The notes beneath the pieces were generated by a model that did not search any database, was not told the DNA's origin, and was given only the letters and a program-made list of their open reading frames with translations. This document shows, one piece after another, positions 37,288-39,306 of a stretch of 39,306 nucleotides of DNA (position 1 is its first letter; each line of letters begins with the position of its first letter). The stretch is taken from positions 1 through 39,306 of the forward strand of contig JBJCIZ010000384.1 in the NCBI GenBank assembly GCA_051294375.1, written 5' to 3'. The DNA comes from Paraspadella gotoi (Eukaryota > Animalia > Chaetognatha). A program made the translations under genes and the position numbers.

Positions 37288-37455
37288 CTTTTGAGGCAAG
37301 ACAAGGGTGGGTTTGATTTCAGCAAATGATATATTTTGGTTAAGAATCATTATAATCATTATAAATAAATAATATAGAACACTGTTACTCAAATAGCTCT
37401 TAAATAATTCCGGTAGATTTTAATAATAGCTACCAAGCAAAAAAAATTTGAAAGT

Positions 37456-38021
37456 CGTTCTTCATCAGCGGTTTGACTCAACAGATTTCGGTTTCACAAA
37501 CATTGAGTTGGTGAGAGAGAGAGAGAAAGAAAGTTTCCAACAAAAAATTAAGAAAAAGATAGATCGGAGGAAAAGTGAAGGTGAGGATAGGGAAGAAGAG
37601 AGAGTGAATAAATTTGAAACTGGTAAAAGAGTGAGGGAAAATCACTACATTTGGCAATTTTAGCTCTTTTCTTTACTTATTTTCACTGACTCTTATCTTA
37701 TCCATTCCTAACCACTTATTTTTCTATTTCATTTCTAACTTATTCACCTTTATCATTATTATTTCTTTAGTTTAAAATTAAGTTTGCTTAATTTAAATCT
37801 ATCTTTGTTGTATATTGCTTAATATAATGATTTTTCCCTCTCACTTTCTCTCTCTCTCTTTCTCTTTTACTAGTTTCAAATTTATTCACTCTCTCTCCTT
37901 CCCTATTTTCACCTCAACCTATCCTCATTTCTGATCACTATCTTTTCTTCAATTCTTTGTTGGAAGAGAATCTTTGTGAAACCAAAATCAGTTGAGTCAA
38001 ACCGCTGAAGAAGACTCATAA
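37456..38021. mobile_element. Inverted pair of Penelope pLTR fragments, each ending in a half hammerhead
   Basis: 37460-37645 is the inverted complement of about 37828-38013. The outer ends read CCG-CTGATGAAGA and CCG-CTGAAGAAGACTC. Confidence 0.6.
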
Positions 38022-38059
38022 AAGCTAGAGAACTATTATATTACATTTAGATATAGCAT

Positions 38060-39306
38060 TAAGGTATACATTATAAATGCGAACAACGATACAATAAAAA
38101 AGAATATGCTCAAAACAATTTATCTCGGACAATAGGGGTAACAAACACTTTCTTCCTTCCTTTTTAGATCATTCTTGACTCTTTGGTGGAGGCGAACTTC
38201 TACGTGATGACCCTGAATGAGAGTGGTGTCTGCTTTGTAAGAAGAGGCTAAATTAGCGATCCGCGTAAAGGCTTGCTGCCATGGTTCTAACTGTCATGCG
38301 TCATTTTTTATTTATGTGCCACAGTCTAAACTAGGGCGTAGAAGCGTGGAAATTAAACTTCATTAACTACAGTCAAGTTTATTATGCTTATTAGTTTAAA
38401 CAGAATGATTGATTTAGCTTCAGAACAAATCAATCAAAAGCCTTCTTTCTTTAAGTCAAAACACAATAAAAAAAAAAAAAACTTGGAGGAAAAAACTGTA
38501 TGAACCTAGTTTGATTTGAAGTCTTAATATAAAAAAAAATGCTAATAATTATTGAGTAACATGAAAAAAAGTGCCAGGTTAGTCTTTTATGTCGTATTTT
38601 ATGGAAGAATTTCCAACAGTACAATAGAAACATATGAACGCCAAAGTTATGTACAATGAGCATTTAATTGCGTGCGTTCACTATATTTATAAAGGCTTTG
38701 ATGAAAAGAAAACAAAAGTTTTAATCAGCATTAACAACGATTTTATGTAATAATAAAGGTTTTCGACTCTNNNNNNNNNNNNNNNNNNNNNNNNNTTTTA
38801 GATTTGAATCTGTTTTAAAAACAGTAAAAGTTTACCATTTCTTGGAGAAAAAAATTTAGTCATGGCACAAAAGTAGTAATTGGGCCATTTTCCAATAACT
38901 TTTGTCAGCCACTTTTGATATTTACTAAAAGCAAAGACTCAGCAGATTCTGAAAATATTGATGTTTTAATCTAAATTTGACAGTTCTCTTGTAATAAAGG
39001 CGCAAATTTAAGCCAGAAAGAGCTCAAAAATTCTAAAGAGTTATGGAGAATATAATTATAAATTTTAATCATTTTTTATTTTCTTTTAGTTTTTAAAGTT
39101 TAATATTGAGTATTTTGATTTTATTTTCAGTAAGTACTGCTAAATATTATTCCTTTAATATTTATTCTTTACAAAATTTAGGAATAACTTTTAGTTGGTA
39201 TTTTATCAAAAAACTAATGATCATCTTTATATTTTTATATTATATAATATTATATTATTAATAACACTTATTAAAAATAAAAGGTTTAATAAAAAATATA
39301 AAGTCT
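38060..39306. repeat. Duplicate of 32280-33702 (38060-38765 inverted, 38796-39306 direct)
   Basis: The direct match starts TTTTAGATTTGAATCTG (33154 and 38796). The reverse-complement match covers 32280-32990. Confidence 0.9.

Overview
AT-rich, repeat-dense eukaryotic (probably invertebrate) genomic DNA from a gap-filled draft assembly, with one 812-N gap, three 25-N gaps and several indel-rich stretches that look like raw long reads. The only host gene I can reconstruct is a spliced minus-strand F-BAR (FCH plus coiled-coil) protein gene that the ORF track misses. Exons at 24410-24507 and 24095-24223 join in frame to exons at 16699-16888 and 16604-~15.9k. A clearly diverged tandem paralog lies at 37287-36289, and there are frameshifted copies at 19.2-20.1k and 34.1-34.5k, at least one of them probably an assembly artefact. 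The rest is nested mobile DNA: several DINE-1/HINE-like (Helentron-associated) elements, Penelope-like remnants with minimal hammerhead ribozyme motifs (including a perfect 83-bp-arm palindrome), a TRIM-like mini LTR element, a solo LTR, the 5' half of an LTR retrotransposon, hAT and Tc1-type non-autonomous elements, a tRNA-derived SINE, and micro- and minisatellites. I found no prokaryotic-type system such as CRISPR or an operon. All calls come from manual reading and no searches were run.
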